A stretch of DNA of 64,000 bases. It comes from the human T2T-CHM13v2.0 reference genome, Homo sapiens. The translations under genes were made by a program, and so were the position numbers. The notes beneath the pieces were generated by a model. That model made no database searches. It was not told where the DNA came from and saw only the letters and a list, made by a program, of their open reading frames with translations. This document shows, piece by piece, positions 60,712-64,000 of the stretch (positions are counted from its first letter, which is position 1; each line of letters starts with the position of its first letter). The DNA lies in assembly GCF_009914755.1 (NCBI RefSeq), contig NC_060933.1, one strand, 5' to 3'.

Positions 60712-62527
60712 CATAAGCAGTCATTCAATGATGTGTGCCTCTTTTCATGAACGACATGGAATTTTATTGTCTAACAAATATTTATTGATCTCCTTCTGGG
60801 CTCCAAGTACTACACTGAGCATTTGGGATATATTAATGAACATAATAAACAACTTATATATAACTTTAGAAGGTGTTAAATGTCATGGAAAAAGAAAAAA
60901 GGAATGCTTTAAGGAAGACCAGGAATAACAAACGGAGAGGAGAAAGTTGTAACTTTAAAAATAAGGTGTTCAGGGTAGACTTAATTAAGTTAGCATAATT
61001 GTACTGAATCTTCCACACTTGTTCTTTGAAACTTTACCTGAAATTATCAACCGTATTTGTATTGTTCAATTATATTTTATTTGCATATGCTCAATTTTTG
61101 GAACATTATTCTTAGCTTTTACATTTGATTTCATAATCATGTATAAGTAGATACTTGGAGGAGCTTATACTATGTTACTTATCATTGATACTCATTGTCA
61201 TTCATTTCAAATAAAATATTTCTTTTTCTTAAATTCCTAATTTAAATTCACTTCTTGTTCATTCATCTCATCTTTACTCATCTCTCATTCAGCTGGAGTA
61301 GGTGTTTTTCACATGTAAAAAAAAATTCTGTCATTGTACATATGTGTTTTTGACTGGGTATTTAAGTCTGTGTTAACACAAGTGTTAGCTTTTGCGTTAG
61401 TTCTCCTCACTTGTGTTACTTATCCTCAAAACTGTGGACTCTGACCAATTATTTTCTGGCCATGTTGTAATAAAGAGGAAGAAGAAAGCAATCCTGACTT
61501 TTGTTCCTTTGTAAGGAACATTTTCCTCTCTCCAGATTGTAGAAAGATTATTTCTTTAATTGTTGAGATTCAAAATATTTGTAAAATTCATTTGGGGATA
61601 GATTTATTCTCATTGTTTTCTTTCATGTAATATAAATAATATAAAAATAATGGGTAATATGCCCTAAACATTGTGCCCTTTTCATCTTAAAAATGTTTTC
61701 TTATACCACATCTTTGATTATTTTCTATTTTTTATGTGCTCTGGTTCTCTTGCTAAGAAACACTATTATTTGATTTTGAATTTCTTACTTGCTCCACCTT
61801 ATCAGTTATTTCACACATTATTTTCATCTGTTTAGCCCTTCTTGCATTCAGTTAGGTCCTTTCTTTCTGCATTCAATTGAATATTTAATTCAAATTTGTT
61901 TATTTCTTGCAGTGCCATTTGTTTTCTATTTTCAATGAAGATTGTTAAGTGTTGGTTTTATTTTTTGTGGTTTCTATTTTCTGTAGTTACTTCCATGTTC
62001 AAATTATCCTACTTTTTAGTCTATAGTTCATCTTGATTTGTTTTTTCTTGTGAAAAACTCTGCTATAGAGGGCATGCTTTAGTGCATGGCAATGAAAACA
62101 AAGCAAACCAAAAGCCATTCATTAATGTGTTCTTCTGTTTAGAATAAAAAAATTTCCCAGGTATTTGCTTCTTCTGCCTAATGTGGAGTATGGAGTTGTT
62201 TTCATATGTCCCATATTGATTTACACTTTAACTATGCTGTCTGCGTGCAAAAAAATGTGCTTATACAACCCAGGGGTGGAACCAAGCTAAGCAACTCTCC
62301 TCAGGTCCTTTACCTGCTCAGAAGTCTTGAAAGCCCCATTATACTCCCTTCTCCCTTACGCACACCAAGAATTATAAATCCCATTGTTTTCTTCATATAA
62401 GAATATATTTGCATCTCATCACATTCATATGCACAGCCTTTTATTCTATGCATACTCAATTAGCACATATTGGCAAGTTAGGAAAGTAGGAGTGTGGGAA
62501 TAAGTATGAAAAAAGACACCATTGTGG

Positions 62528-62534
<7 letters not shown>

Positions 62535-62564
<30 letters not shown>
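62535..62564 (+). repeat. (AC)15 microsatellite
   Basis: Direct reading. Confidence 0.95.
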
Positions 62565-62566
<2 letters not shown>

Positions 62567-63413
62567 ACAATTTCCTCCTCTCTGAATCCTTCAGATACTG
62601 AATAAAGGACATCTGCTATTATTATGTTTAATTTATTTAATTATCTTTAATTTCCTCTTATTATTAACCCCAAATACCTTAATTTGAAATTAACCAGGTT
62701 TTTCCTATGCAGTTTGTCCTATTTTCTATCAGGCTTAAACAAATACTAATCTGCAAAATTCCAAGTAGTCCAATTAGTGTTTCTTCAGCCCCTTCACTCA
62801 TAATACAACATGTAGATGAACATAACAGCTTCATATTCAAACAGATAATACTTTGGCTTTCTCAGATGGAAGCACGCAGAGCAATGGGACAGGATTCCGT
62901 GCCTCAAAGTAAGGGCTGAGTAAGGACCCAGATGCCCTCCTATAAGCTGCCAGGGAGGTGGTGGTGTTCTGTTTCAGAGGACAAAGCACACAGAGGCCCA
63001 GACTGTGTTCCTCGAGCCCTACCCATTAGCCCCAAGATCATAGAAAAATCTTCCAAGCTGGAAACTGGTTGACAATGATCCTGACTTTCAGTAGGTGTGT
63101 TTTTTAAACTCTGTATACCTTTTTCCTCTACCTGTGTTGTTATTTGAATATGAAGTTGGGAGAAGACATATCAGAGATTCCCAATCTAATACGTTTTAAA
63201 TTTGACGTTTTTTTCCCTTAGACTAGCATTAATTGTGTTTCACAACAAAACGAGATAGCATTTCATCTCACGGGACAGTACACTAGATTTCATGAGGTCT
63301 CATATTATTTACAGTAAAAAGTTTCTTTCATAAACGCGCTTTTTTCAAGAACAATTTACCATGATGATGTCTTGAAAACACAGAATTTAGGCTCTGCCAC
63401 AAATTTGCTTTAA

Positions 63414-63665
<252 letters not shown>

Positions 63666-64000
63666 TAAGAGAAATTTACTATTTTGAAGAAACTAAGGTG
63701 TGAACTTAAAGCTTCTAATATTTCTAGGCATTTCTAATTTTTTTTTTTTGAGTTCTGCCTTCCTTAGATACCTACTAGCGGAATCCTAATGCTATCCTAA
63801 TTGTACAGATTAGCGTAAAGATTTATTTCATTTGCTCTAAAATAAATGAAACAGCACTTTTAATTACTGCTTGACATTTTAGATTCTTTCATAGGGAATC
63901 TTATGAGAGCTTGTAACATTTTCTGGAGTGTGTAGAAAAATGGCTAAGAAACATCTTATATTTTGTCAGCAGAGTGGAATAAAGGAATAAAGTCCTTTTT

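Overview
Human genomic DNA: a perfect AluYb8 is present and the exons translate to human MuSK. The window is an internal, mostly intronic 64 kb slice of MUSK (muscle-specific receptor tyrosine kinase) on the + strand. Six coding exons are resolved to the base: a 30-nt cassette exon (EESEPEQDTK), two Ig3 exons, a frame-essential 7-nt microexon (E-W-S) and two Frizzled-like CRD exons. The introns hold a 5'-truncated RPS21 processed pseudogene, about 13 Alus, several L1s, LTRs, MADE1 MITEs and microsatellites. I see no new multi-gene system. The most interesting unexplained structure is: (i) a candidate in-frame 114-nt MUSK cassette exon; (ii) inverted Alus bracketing the skippable Fz-CRD exon; (iii) a 358-bp PATRR-like palindrome with a miniature dup/inv/dup signature; (iv) several short locally templated duplications and a fold-back at an L1 junction; (v) a probable ancient L1 3' transduction. 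Repeat subfamily names and the edges of old repeats are by eye and approximate.
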